DNA from: the human T2T-CHM13v2.0 reference genome, Homo sapiens
Length of the DNA: 64,000 nucleotides
Reading direction: 5' to 3' (one strand)
NCBI RefSeq assembly: GCF_009914755.1
Contig: NC_060931.1
A model generated the notes under the pieces. That model was not told the origin of the DNA and did no database searches. It was given only the letters and a program-made list of their open reading frames with translations. Within the stretch, counting starts at the first letter, position 1. Each line of letters opens with the position of its first letter. Position numbers and translations under genes: made by a program. Positions 18,502 to 52,122 of this stretch are shown here, piece after piece.

Positions 18502-18909
18502 CTAAATAAATAAATAAATAAATAAATGGTGTGGGCCAGGCATGGTGGCTTACACCTGTAATCCCAGCACTTTGGGAGGCCAAGGCCAGTGGATCATCTG
18601 AGGTCAGGAGTTCTAGACCAGCCCGGCCAATACGGTGAAACCCCATTCCTACTAAAAATACAAAAATTAGCTGGACATGATGGCAGGTGCCTGTAATCCC
18701 ATCTGCTCGGGAAGCTGAGGCATGAAAATCGCTTGAACTTTGGGGGTGGAGGTTGCAGTGAGCTGAGATTGTGCCACTGCCCTCCAGCCACGGCGACAGA
18801 GTGAGAGTCTGTCTCAAAAAAAAAAAAAAAAAACCAACCAAACAAACAAAAAAACTAATAATGGGTAATGCATTGTTTAGCGTATCTTAGAAATACTAAT
18901 AATGGCTAA

Positions 18910-19240
18910 TGAGTTGTTTAGGATAGGCTATATCATGCTGCAGTAACAATCTCAAATCCCAGAGGCTTAAAGTCACAACGGGGTTCATGTCTGTCACCGG
19001 CATGCAGAGACCCAGGATCACAGAGCGGCCACCATCCTGCATTTCTGCCATGTTAACAGAGAGAAAGGATCTGGAGGATGCTGCAGGAGCCGCTAAATGA
19101 TATGGCCCAGAAGTAAGACTCATTGCTGTTCACAACGCATTGGCCAGGACCAGTGATGTGGTCTCGCTCAACCTCAGAAGGACCAGAAGTGCAGTACTAC
19201 CACGTGCCTGGCACGCCAGAAGCCAGGACAGCACCAAACA
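18910..19240 (-). mobile_element. Old MaLR LTR (MLT1J/K/L-like)
   Basis: GCTGCAGTAACAATCTCAAATCCCAGAGGCTTAA ... CATTGGCCAGGACCAGTGATGTGG motifs typical of old MLT1 LTRs. Confidence 0.65.
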
Positions 19241-19414
19241 CTAACCACGCTAACACGTATTGAATGCGTACTAGGAACTGAGTCTTCTTGGTTTTTTGTT
19301 TTTGTTTTGAGACCGACTCTTGCTCTGTTGCCCAGGCTTGAGTGCAGTGGCACCATCTCGGCTCACTGCAACCTCAGGTGGATCACCTGAGATCAAGAGT
19401 TCGAGACCAGCCTA

Positions 19415-20043
<629 letters not shown>

Positions 20044-20789
20044 TAGGATTACAAGAGTGAGCCACTGTGACTGACCTATTTTTCAAAAAAATAAAAATAA
20101 AAATAAACTAAGAATAAAAAAAATTTAGGAAGTGGTATGATCAGTACTTTGCAGGCAACCAAGACCAGAAAAGTTCAACACCCTAAGATCCCAGAGCTGA
20201 GATCCTAGCCTAGGCTGCAAGACACCATTCTCACAACCCTTGTGGGCATTTGCCCTGTGTTATAAAGCTACCAATTTCTTCTCAACACTCTTCCTTTTTT
20301 TAATTTTTTGAGACAGGGTCTTGCTATCACACCCAGGCCGGAGTGCAGTGGTAGGATCATGGCTCACTGCAGCCTCCGTCTCCTGGGTACAAGAGATCCT
20401 CCTTCCTCAGCCTGCTGCGTAGCTGGGACTGCAGGCATTGGCCATGTAGCCAGGCATGGTGGCACACGCCTGTAGTCCCAGCTACAGGCTATTTATTTTT
20501 TGTAGAATGGTGTCTCACTGTATTGCCCAGGCCAGTCTCAAGGACAGTCTCAAGCTATCCTCCTGACTTGGCCTCCCAAAGTGCCAGGATTACAGGCATG
20601 AGCCACCATGCCTGGCCCACTGCTTTTATAAAAAAATTTTTTTAGAGACAGAGTTTTGCTCTCTTGACTAGGCTAGGGCACAGTGGTGCAATCAGAGCTC
20701 ACTGCAGCATTAATCTCCTGGGCTCAAGCAATCTTCCTGCCCCAGCCTCCCAAAGTGCTGGGACTGTAGGCATGCACCATCACGCCAGC

Positions 20790-21575
20790 GGCAGTGGAAA
20801 AGTTTTGAGGTGGATACAGAAAAAGCTTAGGTTTCCTGGAATTGGTTGTTACTAGAAATAGGGAAGTTAAAAACTCTGCTAGTGAGGACTTTTAGAAGGA
20901 AATGAGGAACGTGGTATAGAAAACCTAAATCATCTGGGAGGATGCCTAAATGGTCACAAACAGACTCTTGGTAACAATACAGACGTTAAAGGTGCTGCTG
21001 ATGAGGGCTCAGAATGTAATGAGGAATATCAGGCCAGGTGGGGTGGCTCATGCCTGTAATCTCAGCACTTTGGGAGGCTGAGGTGGGCGGATTGCTTGAG
21101 CTCAGGAATTTGAGACCAGCTTGGGCAACATGGCAAAACCCCGTCTCTACAAAATATATATACAAAAAATTAGCTGGGTGTGTTGGCAAGCGCCTGTAGT
21201 CCCAGCTACTCAGGAGCTGAGGCATGAGAATTGCTTGAACTTGGGAGGCGGAGACTGCAGTGAGCCAAGATCGTGCCACTGCACCCCAGCCTCGGCAACA
21301 GAGCAAGACTCTGTCTCAAAAAAAATTTTTTTAAATAAAAATAAAAAAATAAAAGAAGGTAACAGGAATGTGTTCTTGGAAACTGGAGAAAGGGGGACCC
21401 CATTATGTAGTCTCAGAAATCTTAGCGGGAATGTATCTTTGAATTATATGCAAAGCCAAACTTATAAATTATAAACTTGGATATTTAACTAAGAAGACTT
21501 CCAAGCAAAGTATTGAAAGTGAGGCTTGGTTTTTTCTTGCTGCTTATAGTAAATGTAAGAGGAAAGAGATAAATC
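20790..21575 (+). mobile_element. MaLR internal region (MLT1-int-like), split by an Alu at 21032-21350
   Basis: GGAAAAGTTTTGAGG...CTGCTGATGAGGGCTCAGAA...GGAAACTGGAGAAAGGGGGACCC...GAAGACTTCCAAGCAAAGTATTGAA are characteristic MaLR-int segments. Confidence 0.7.
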
Positions 21576-21648
21576 AGCCAGGCACGGTGGCTCATGCGTA
21601 TAATCCCAGCACTGTGGGAGGCTGAGTTGGGAGGAATTCAGGAGTTCA

Positions 21649-21849
<201 letters not shown>

Positions 21850-21932
21850 TTAATAAATAAAATAAAAGGGGCCGGGCACGGTGGCTCACGCCTGTAATCC
21901 CAGCACTTTGGAAGGCCAAGGCGGGCAGATCA

Positions 21933-22231
<299 letters not shown>

Positions 22232-22269
22232 TTAATATTTCAAAATAAATCAAGGTAATTCACCATATA

Positions 22270-23098
<829 letters not shown>

Positions 23099-23259
23099 TA
23101 GCCAGGATGGTCTCGATCTCCTGACCTCATGATCCGCCCGCCTCGGCCTCCCAAAGTGCTGGGATTACAGGCGTGAGCCATCGCACCCGGCCTAATTTTT
23201 TGTATTTTAAGTAGAGACGGGGTTTCACCGTGTTAGCCAGGATGGTCTCTATCTCCTGA

Positions 23260-23552
<293 letters not shown>

Positions 23553-23642
23553 TGAGATGGAGACTCACTCTGTCACCCAGGCTGGAGTGTTGTGACATGA
23601 TCTCAGCTCACTGCAACCTCTGCCTTTCAAGGATTCAAGTGA

Positions 23643-23996
<354 letters not shown>

Positions 23997-24408
23997 TGAA
24001 TCGAAATACTGAATGTGGCCAGTCACGGTGGTTCACGCCTGTAATCCCAGCACTTTAGGAGGCTAAGGCAGGCAGATCACTTGAGGTCAGGAGTTTGAGA
24101 CCAGTGTGGCCAACATGGTGAAACACCATCTCTATTAAAAATACAAAAAATTGCACGCTGGGCACGGTGGCTCACGCCTGTAATCCCAGCACTTTGGGAG
24201 GCCGAGGTGGGCAGATCACAAGGTCAGGAGATCGAGACCATCCTGGCTAACCTGGTGAAATCCTGTCTCTACTAAAAATACCAAAAACTCGCCAGGCGTG
24301 GTGGCTCACGCCTGTAATCCCAGCACTTTGGGAGGCCGAGGTGGGTGGATCACAAGGTCAGGAGATCGAGACCATCCTGGCTAACATGGTGAAACCCCGT
24401 CTCTACTA

Positions 24409-24752
<344 letters not shown>

Positions 24753-24909
24753 TCAAAAAAATAAATAAATAAAAATAAAAATAAAAAATAAATAAATAAA
24801 AATAAAATTTAAAAAAAAGGTAATGCCTAATGCTTGGGAACAAGGCCAGATATACAGCGTCTTATCACCCACAGTCAGCACCCTATTGCCGGCCTAGTCG
24901 GCACACAGT

Positions 24910-32990
<8,081 letters not shown>

Positions 32991-32999
32991 CAGTAATAC

Positions 33000-41573
<8,574 letters not shown>

Positions 41574-42014
41574 TGAGCCACCACACCCAGCCTATTTCTT
41601 ATAATAGCATATGGGTCTACTATAAATCAATAAAAATACCAAACAATGAATACATTACTTACAGGTACATGATGGCTTCCTCTGAGGAACAGAGGAGAAA
41701 ATATATTTTAGGAGAGGACTTGAGCCCAGAAGTTTGAGCTCACATAGTGAGACCCTGGTCTCTACAAAAAATAAAAAGAAAACTAGTTGGGTATGGTGGT
41801 GCATGCCTGTAGCCCCAGCTACTGGGGAGGCCGAAACAGGAGGGTTGCTTGAACCCAGGAGGTCAAGGCTGCTCTGAGCTGTGATTTCACCACTGCACTC
41901 CAGCCTGGCTGAAAGAGCAAGACTCTCAAAACGAAAAAAAAAAGGTGAGGCAGCCAGGCACGGTGGCTCACACCTGTAATCCCAGCACTTTGGGAGGCCG
42001 AGGTGGGAGGATCA

Positions 42015-42221
<207 letters not shown>

Positions 42222-42753
42222 TCAAAAAAAAAAAAAAAAAAAAAAACAGAAAAAAATTAGCCAAGTATGGTGGCTCACACCTGTAGCCACAAGTACTCAG
42301 GAGGCTGAGTTCAGAGGATCTCTTGAGCCTGGGAGGTGGAGGCTGCAGTGAGCCGAGATCACACCACTGTACGCCAGCCTGGGCGACAGAGATTGAGACT
42401 CCGTCTCAAAAAAAAAAAAAAAAAAAAGAAAAAAGGAATAGGGAAATAGGGAGCATCTGATTCCTGTCCATGCCTCACTCCTCTACATTTGAAGAAGCCA
42501 AGCATCATAGGGCAGAAAGTCAAATAAGTCTTTGAACAGGGTGTGTTGCTCACCTGTAATCCAGCCATGGGAGCCTGAGGTAGGAGAATTACTTGAGGCC
42601 AGAAGTTCAAGACCAGCTGGGGCAACATAGCTAGACACCCTCCGCCCCCACCATCTCCACAAAACAATAATAATAAGAGCCTTTGGGCTGGGCGCAGTGG
42701 CTCACGCCTGTAATCCCAGCACTTTGGGAGGCCGAGGCTGACGGATCACCTGA

Positions 42754-43356
<603 letters not shown>

Positions 43357-43713
43357 TGACCTCAGGTGATCTGCCCGCTTCGGCCTCCCAGTGTTGAGAT
43401 TACAGGCGTGAGCCACCACGCCTGGCCCACACTGGACCCTTTGAATCCATGGATGCCTCTTTGCGTCTCCAAGTGCCCTGCGAGATTGGACATAGACCGG
43501 TTTATGTAGAACATCCTGGAGAAATTACTGAGATACTGAGAAACTTGCTGGAGAGAAAGCTGCTTTTTCGGCTTCCTACTATGTAAGGAATTTAAAAAAG
43601 AAACTAAGTAAAAAAAGCAAGCCTAGTTCACACACTGAAAAGGGCGGGCTAAGATCGCCATCTGTAGGTGAATCGTTTCTTCTGCCAACTCGAATTCTGT
43701 CCACAGTTCCTGA

Positions 43714-44126
<413 letters not shown>

Positions 44127-44527
44127 CAGTATCTTTTTCAGGGTTACCCAGCCAGTGGCCAGGCGCGGTGGCTCACACCTGTAATTCCAGCACTCTGAGA
44201 GGCGGGCGGATCACCTGAGGTCAGGAGTTCAAGGCCAGCTGGCCAACATGGTAAAACCCCATCTCCACTAAAAATTAAAAAAAAAAAATTAGACGGGCAT
44301 AGTGGTGTGCGCCTGTAATCTCAGCTACTGGGGAGGCTGAGGCAGAAGAATCATTTGAACCCGGGAGGCGGAGTTACAGTGAGCAGAGATTGTGCCACTG
44401 CACTCCAGCCTGGGCAACACAGTGAGACTCTGTCTCAAAAAAAAAAAAAAAAAAAAAAATAGGCTACCCACAAGTTAGCAAGAGAACTACAACCAAAAAA
44501 TCATGACTTTCAATTTTTTTTTCTTTA

Positions 44528-44863
<336 letters not shown>

Positions 44864-45228
44864 TTATATTTTTAAATTTGTTATATTTTTAGTTTATTTT
44901 TTTCACCCTACCCCCTATATTTTTAATTTAACTTTTTTTTTTTTGAGACAGTTTATCACTCTGTCACTCAGGCTAGAGTGCAGTGGTGTGATCTCGGCTC
45001 ACTGCAATCTCTACCCCCACCCCATGTTCAAGCGATTCTCCTGCCTCAGCCTCCCAAGAAGCTGGGACTACAGGAGCACGCCCCCACACACAACTAATTT
45101 TTTGTAAAGATGAGATTTCACCATGTTGTCTAGGCTGATGTTGAACTCCTGCCTTCAAGAGATCTGCCCACCTCAGCTCCCAAAGTGTTGGGATTACAGG
45201 CGTGAGCCACCGCGCCTGGCCAATTTAG

Positions 45229-45354
<126 letters not shown>

Positions 45355-47099
45355 TGAATGTCCACAAACCCACCCAGGCTGGCCCATGGTGGACAGGTGG
45401 TGAGGTCAGAGTCTCAGTCCTCTCCAGCCCAGCATGAGGCTCCCAGGCTACACCCGGAGCCACCCCACTAGAGATCTCACCTGCCTGGGCCCTGGAAGGG
45501 TCACCCTGGATCTCTACCACCCGGTTCATGGCTCCCAGGCTCAGGGACTGGACACTTCCCGGCTCTGAACCTCTTCCTCAAAGACATGAAATCCCCACGC
45601 TCAGAACCTGGTTGGCCTACTTGGAAATACTTCTCATTCTGTTAAGATAAACCCACAGGAAAATAAAGGCACAGCTTTCCTACATTATCTCATCCAAACT
45701 CCCCCAAGCCTGCGAGGTAAGAAAACTGAGGCCTAGAGACGTTGAGGCTCTCTTGATAGCAAGGGAGGGGTTAGTCTCGGCCCAGTCTCCGGGCTCAGGC
45801 AGCCTCTCTCCCCAGCCAGGTCAGGCTTCCCCAAGGGGCCGTGTGGCGGAACATTTTTCATTTTCATAGTTATGAACCAATGTTAATATCAATAGAAATG
45901 CAACAAACCCATAAAACTTATAATTTCACGGAAACTATAAATTTGGCCTTAAAATGAAGTCACGTTTCTTTAGAAAGAGTTTTGAGGGAAATTAAAGCTT
46001 ACCCCTGGGCCGAGCGCGGTGGCTCATGCCTATAATCCCAGCACTTTGGGAGGCCAACGCAGAAGGTTTGCTCTAAGCCAGGAGTTCAAGACCAGCTTGG
46101 GCTAACAGTGAGACACTCTCCCCCATCTCTAAAAACAATTTTTTTTTTTTGACACAGAGTCTCACTCTGTCATTTAGGTTGGAGTGCAGTGGCACAACCT
46201 CGGCTCACTGCAGCCTCTGCCTCCTGGGCTCAAGTGATCCTCCTGCCTCAGCCTCCTGAGTAGCTGGGATTACAGGCGCCTGCGGCCACACCCGGCTAAA
46301 TTTTGTATTTTTAGTAGAGATAGGGTTTCACCATGTTGGCCAGGCTAGTCTTGAACTCCTGACCTCAAGTGATCCTCCTGCCTCACTCTCCCAAAGTGCT
46401 GGGATTACCGGTGGGAGCCACTGTGCCTCGCTCTCTAAATAAACAATTTAAAAAATTAGCCGGGCACAGTGGTGCACGCCTATAGTCTCAACTACTCAGG
46501 AGGAGGCGGCGGGAGGATCACGAGCCTGGGAGTTTGAGGCTGCAGTGAGCCATGATTGCGCCACTGTGCTCCCGGCCTGGGTGACAGAGTGAGACCTTGT
46601 CTCAAAAACAAAAAGAAAAAAATCTACCCCTGGAAGCACAACACAGGCCACGCTGCAGGTCAGCCTGGGAGCCTCATCCGGCCATCTCTGCTGCCAGGGT
46701 TGGTGCGGTGCCTCAGGTTTCCCACTCCTTCACCTCAGAGGCTCAGAAATAGACCAGCGGAGGCCAGGCCTGCTGGCTCATGCCTGTAGCACTTTGGGAG
46801 GCAGAGTTGGGAGAACTGCTTGAGCCCAGGAGTTCAAGACCAGACTGAGCAACATAGTGAGACCCCATCTCTACAGAAAAACAAAAAGGTAGCCCGATGT
46901 GGTGGTGTGGATCTGTACTACCAGATACTCAGGAAGCTAAGGTGAGCCTGTGAGACTGAAGCTACAGTGAGGTGCGACGGCACCACTGTACTCCAGCCTG
47001 GGTGACAGAGTGAGACCCTGTTAAAAAATAATAATAGGCCAGGCGCAGTGGCTCACGCCTGTAATCCCAGCACTTCGGGAGGCCAAGGCGGGCGGATCA

Positions 47100-47532
<433 letters not shown>

Positions 47533-47704
47533 TTACAGGCATGTGCCACCATGCCTGGCTAATTTTTGTATTTTTAGTAGAGATGGGGTTTCACCATGTT
47601 GTTCAGGCTGGTCTCGAACTCCTGACCTCATGTAATGCATCCGCCCACCTTGGCCTCCCAAAGTGCTGGGATTACAGGTGTGAGCCACCATGCCCGGCCA
47701 TAAT

Positions 47705-47802
47705 TTCCTTCTTCTAATAAGGACATCAATCACTGATTTAGGGTCCACTCTCGTCCACTTTGACTTCATCTTGATTACATCTGGGAAGACTGCTTCCAAA
47801 CA
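47705..47802 (-). mobile_element. MLT1 LTR fragment
   Basis: TAAGGACATCAATCACTGATTTAGGGTCCACTC...CATCTTGATTACATCTG...TTCCAAA. Confidence 0.65.
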
Positions 47803-48038
47803 CAGTAGCCCCCCCGACCCCCAGTTTCACATTGCACTGTTTCAGTTACTTATGGTCAATTAGGTTGGAAAATATTACATAATGAAGAAAATTTGACAGA
47901 GAGAGACACAGACACACCACCAGACACCACATCCACATAACTTTTATGACAATATATTGTTATAATTGTTCTATTAGTTATTGCTGTTAATCTCTTACTG
48001 TGCCCTATTGTAAGCATGCATATGTAGAAAAAACATAC
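47803..48038 (+). mobile_element. MER44-like (Tigger7-derived) DNA transposon
   Basis: Begins CAGTAGCCCCCCC...GTTTCAGTTAC; internal CACATAACTTTTAT...TATTGTTATAATTGTTCTATT...TTAATCTCTTACTGTGCC. Confidence 0.7.
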
Positions 48039-48101
48039 TCCCAGGCGTATTGGCTCACACCTGTAATCCCAGCACTTTGGGAGGCTGAGGCAGGCGGATC
48101 A

Positions 48102-48343
<242 letters not shown>

Positions 48344-48344
48344 T

Positions 48345-48445
48345 CATCCCTTATTGTACAGATGCGGAAACTGAGGTGGAGGCATTAAGTGACCTGCCCA
48401 AAGATACACCACTGACAGCATGATGAGGAGTAGTCAAACCTGGTA
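48345..48445 (-). mobile_element. MIR fragment
   Basis: GTACAGATGCGGAAACTGAGG...TTAAGTGACCTGCCCAAAG. Confidence 0.7.
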
Positions 48446-48899
48446 CTAGGCATGGGAAGACTCTGCTTCTTTTTCGCTCTTTTAAACACCGTTAGGATGG
48501 GATGGGTGTGGTGGCTCATGCCTATAGTCCCGGCACTTTGGGAAGCTGAGGGAGGAAGACTGCTTGAGGCCAGGAGTTTGAGACCAGCCTGGGCAACACA
48601 GTGAGATGCTATCTACAAATAAAGAAATTAGCTGGGCACGGTGGCACATACCTTCAGTCCCAAGTACTTGGCAATGTACTTAATGTCACTGAACTGTACA
48701 CTAAATTGCATATTAAAATGGCTAGGCCCTGCGCGGTGGTTCACGCTTGTAATCCTGGCACTTTGGGAGGCTGAGGTGGGAGGATTCTCTTGAGGCTGGA
48801 AGGTCCCGATTGCAGCGGCGCTGTGATTATGCCACCGCACTCTAGCCTGGGCAACAGAGCGAGACCCTGTCTCTGAAAACAAACAAAACAAAAAAACTA

Positions 48900-49235
48900 T
48901 AGGATGAAATATACATAAAATTTACCTTTTTGGCATTTTATTTTATTTTTTCGAAGACAGGGTCTCGCTATGTTGCCCTGACTGGTCTTGAACTCTTGGG
49001 CTCAAGTGATCCTCCTGTCTTGGCCTCCCAAAGTACTGGGAAGAGAGGTGTGAGCCACCGCGCAGGGCCTAGCCATTTTAATATGAAGTTTAGTATACAG
49101 TTCAGTGGCATCAAGTACATTCACCATGTTGTACCATCACCACCGTCATCTCCAAAACGTTCTCATCCTCCCAAATTGAAGGTCCGTCCCCGATAAACAC
49201 TCCCCACTCTCCACCCCAGCCTCTGGGTACCACTT
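48900..49235 (-). mobile_element. L1MB-like 3' end, interrupted by a FLAM/Alu left arm (48935-49071)
   Basis: ACATAAAATTTACC...TACAGTTCAGTGGCATCAAGTACATTCACCATGTTGTACCATCACCAC. Confidence 0.75.
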
Positions 49236-49479
49236 GTTTTATTTATTTATTTAATTTTCGTAGAGATGAGGGCTGGCGTGCGGGGGGTGGTGGTGCTATG
49301 TTGGCAAGGCTGGTCTCCAACTCCTAAGCTCAAGCGATCTTCCCACCTCAGCCTCCCAAAGTGCTGGGATAACAGGCGTGATCCACTGGGTTGTTTTCTA
49401 GGATGATTAAGACATCCCCCAACCAGTGGTTGTCCTCCACTCCGGCAAAAAACAAGATAGAAGCCACATGCACCCAATG

Positions 49480-51300
49480 CCCGTACCGTGAGCACCCGCG
49501 CAGAGCGAACCGCTCCGGTCCCTCCGGAGTCAGCCTCGAGCTCCACGCGGCGAGGACCCGCCCCCGCCCCCACGTGACCCGCGCTGTCCCGCGCTGAAGG
49601 CGGCGGCCTCGGATGGACTGAACCACTGTGAAAGCCCGAATGGGGGGAAACAGGCAGTGACGGCCGCTAGGGAAGGACTGGGGGTAAGCGATTAAAGAAA
49701 CTTCCATACATTTTTGTATCGCGCCAGGCAGTCGTCCTTCTAGTCGTGTGGGCCCTCTCTGGCTCGCCCCGAATTCCTTTTCTATTTTGAAGTAGTCTGG
49801 CCTTTTGCTCAGTCAGTAGGCGAGTCCAAGTGACAGACACGGACAGGGGGGACTTTAGTAACGTAAACTAAACGGTTTCCCTAGCGAAAGGCTCAGACGC
49901 CCTGAGCAATCGCCTGTTGAGTCTCCACTCTTCCAGGGTATTAACTGTTGAGTTAGAGGACATTTTCCTAGCATTCCGGGTACTAAAATCATTTCTTGTC
50001 CCCGCCTTCAGCTCCACAAATAGTTCAGTCCCGCCCCGCAGCGTCCGACGGGAAAGGAAAGGGGGAGGACGCCATGTTGGACGGAACCATCTGCTGCCAC
50101 ACATGGGGTGGTCAATGCTCCCATGAGTTTACTGATGCACAGAAACAATCTTGCTGAATGGAATTAAGCACTTTCTTGTCACAAATATATCAGTTTGATG
50201 ATTTTCGGGCGCGGTCTTGTGGATGCGAGTCCTCTCAGGGTCGTTCGTGAGGCCCCAGGGCGTGGGTGCGCCCCCCGCCCCGCGGCCTTGGTGCGGCCTC
50301 CCCGTCGCACGCACATGGCTGGGCTGTAGCCGTCGCGGCGCGCGGTGCGGCCTGGGAGAGTCGGAAGCGCGGCGGCCGCGGAGCCCTGCGAGTAGGCAGC
50401 GTTGGGCCCATGCAGGACGCGGAGAACGTGGCGGTGCCCGAGGCGGCCGAGGAGCGCGCCGAGCCCGGCCAGCAGCAGCCGGCCGCCGAGCCGCCGCCAG
50501 CCGAGGGGCTGCTGCGGCCCGCGGGGCCCGGCGCTCCGGAGGCCGCGGGGACCGAGGCCTCCAGTGAGGAGGTGGGGATCGCGGAGGCCGGGCCGGAGCC
50601 CGAGGTGAGGACCGAGCCGGCGGCCGAGGCAGAGGCGGCCTCCGGCCCGTCCGAGTCGCCCTCGCCGCCGGCCGCCGAGGAGCTGCCCGGGTCGCATGCT
50701 GAGCCCCCTGTCCCGGCACAGGGCGAGGCCCCAGGAGAGCAGGCTCGGGACGAGCGCTCCGACAGCCGGGCCCAGGCGGTGTCCGAGGACGCGGGAGGAA
50801 ACGAGGGCAGAGCGGCCGAGGCCGAACCCCGGGCGCTGGAGAACGGCGACGCGGACGAGCCCTCCTTCAGCGACCCCGAGGACTTCGTGGACGACGTGAG
50901 CGAGGAAGGTGAGGGCGCCCGGGGCGGGGCTGGCGAGCGGCGCGGGAGCGTGGCTGGGGTTCCCGAGGTGGGAGATATCGTCGGGCTGTGCCACCGGTTC
51001 GTGCAGAAGTTCCAGCGAGGGTGTCCGTGTGTTCCTGAGAAGCCACCGAGGGAGGGGTTCCCGAGTGCCCTGGAAGTGTTCTGAGAGCCCAGCGCCTCCC
51101 CTTTTCTTTCCTGAAAAAGGGGACAGGGTGGAGCTCACTTCGGGAGCCAGGCATTTGCATGACAACCAGAAATCTGAGAGGGTGGGAGAGGGCACATGGG
51201 GTACTCCGTTATGGCTGGGTGTGCTGTGAGTGTAGCAGCTGGGGGTACGGCAAAAACCGAAGACCCGGTGGCAGGTTTGCGGGTCTACGTGTCCCCAGAG
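49480..51300. promoter_or_regulatory. EIF3B: CpG island / EIF3B promoter region
   Basis: CpG-rich. GC box plus CACGTGAC at 49571-49578 and a YY1-like CGCCATGTT at 50070-50078. Surrounds EIF3B exon 1. Confidence 0.9.
50410..50908 (+). CDS. EIF3B: EIF3B (eIF3 subunit b) coding exon 1, acidic low-complexity N-terminus
   Basis: [23 protein letters not shown]...[18 protein letters not shown]. 499 nt, donor AAG|GTGAGG, phase 1. Confidence 0.97.
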
Positions 51301-51818
51301 CTGACCAGTCAGACCTCCCAAGGTCTGGATCGGAGGAACAGCTTGTGGCAGAGCCGGTGATCTTGTCCTCCTGCCCCTCAGAATTGTCCATCTCCAGAGA
51401 CTTCCTTAGTGGGACAGGCACCCTGTGAAATTCCAGTTTGATTTTTCTTTATCTCTTGCGCTAAATCTATAAAGAGAGTTATTTTTCCAGGTTTTAATAT
51501 TGCCGATAACAGCCAGCTTTGCCTTCATCTCAACCTTGATTGGATTTACAGGCATATTTTTGCTTCCTGTCTCAGAGATTTTTTCCTGAAGCTACTTCTG
51601 ATGAGAGCTGGTCTCATTTGTTTTTCTTTTGTTTTTTAGCTCTCTTAAGCCTTTAAGTTGGGAACACATCAGCCTCTGCAGATTGGCTAAGTTGATACTA
51701 GAGTGAGAAAAATAAAAATACCCTTGCTGATGTAGCCAGCGATACACCAGGACAATTTCGGGAATAACATGGAGTTGCCAATTTATGATTTAAACGTATT
51801 TTTAAAAGGCTATCAGAG

Positions 51819-52122
<304 letters not shown>

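Noticed and set aside
50129-51321. Long antisense ORFs (196 and 380 aa) over EIF3B exon 1
   Set aside because: Typical shadow ORFs of a very GC-rich coding exon, with no recognisable domain.
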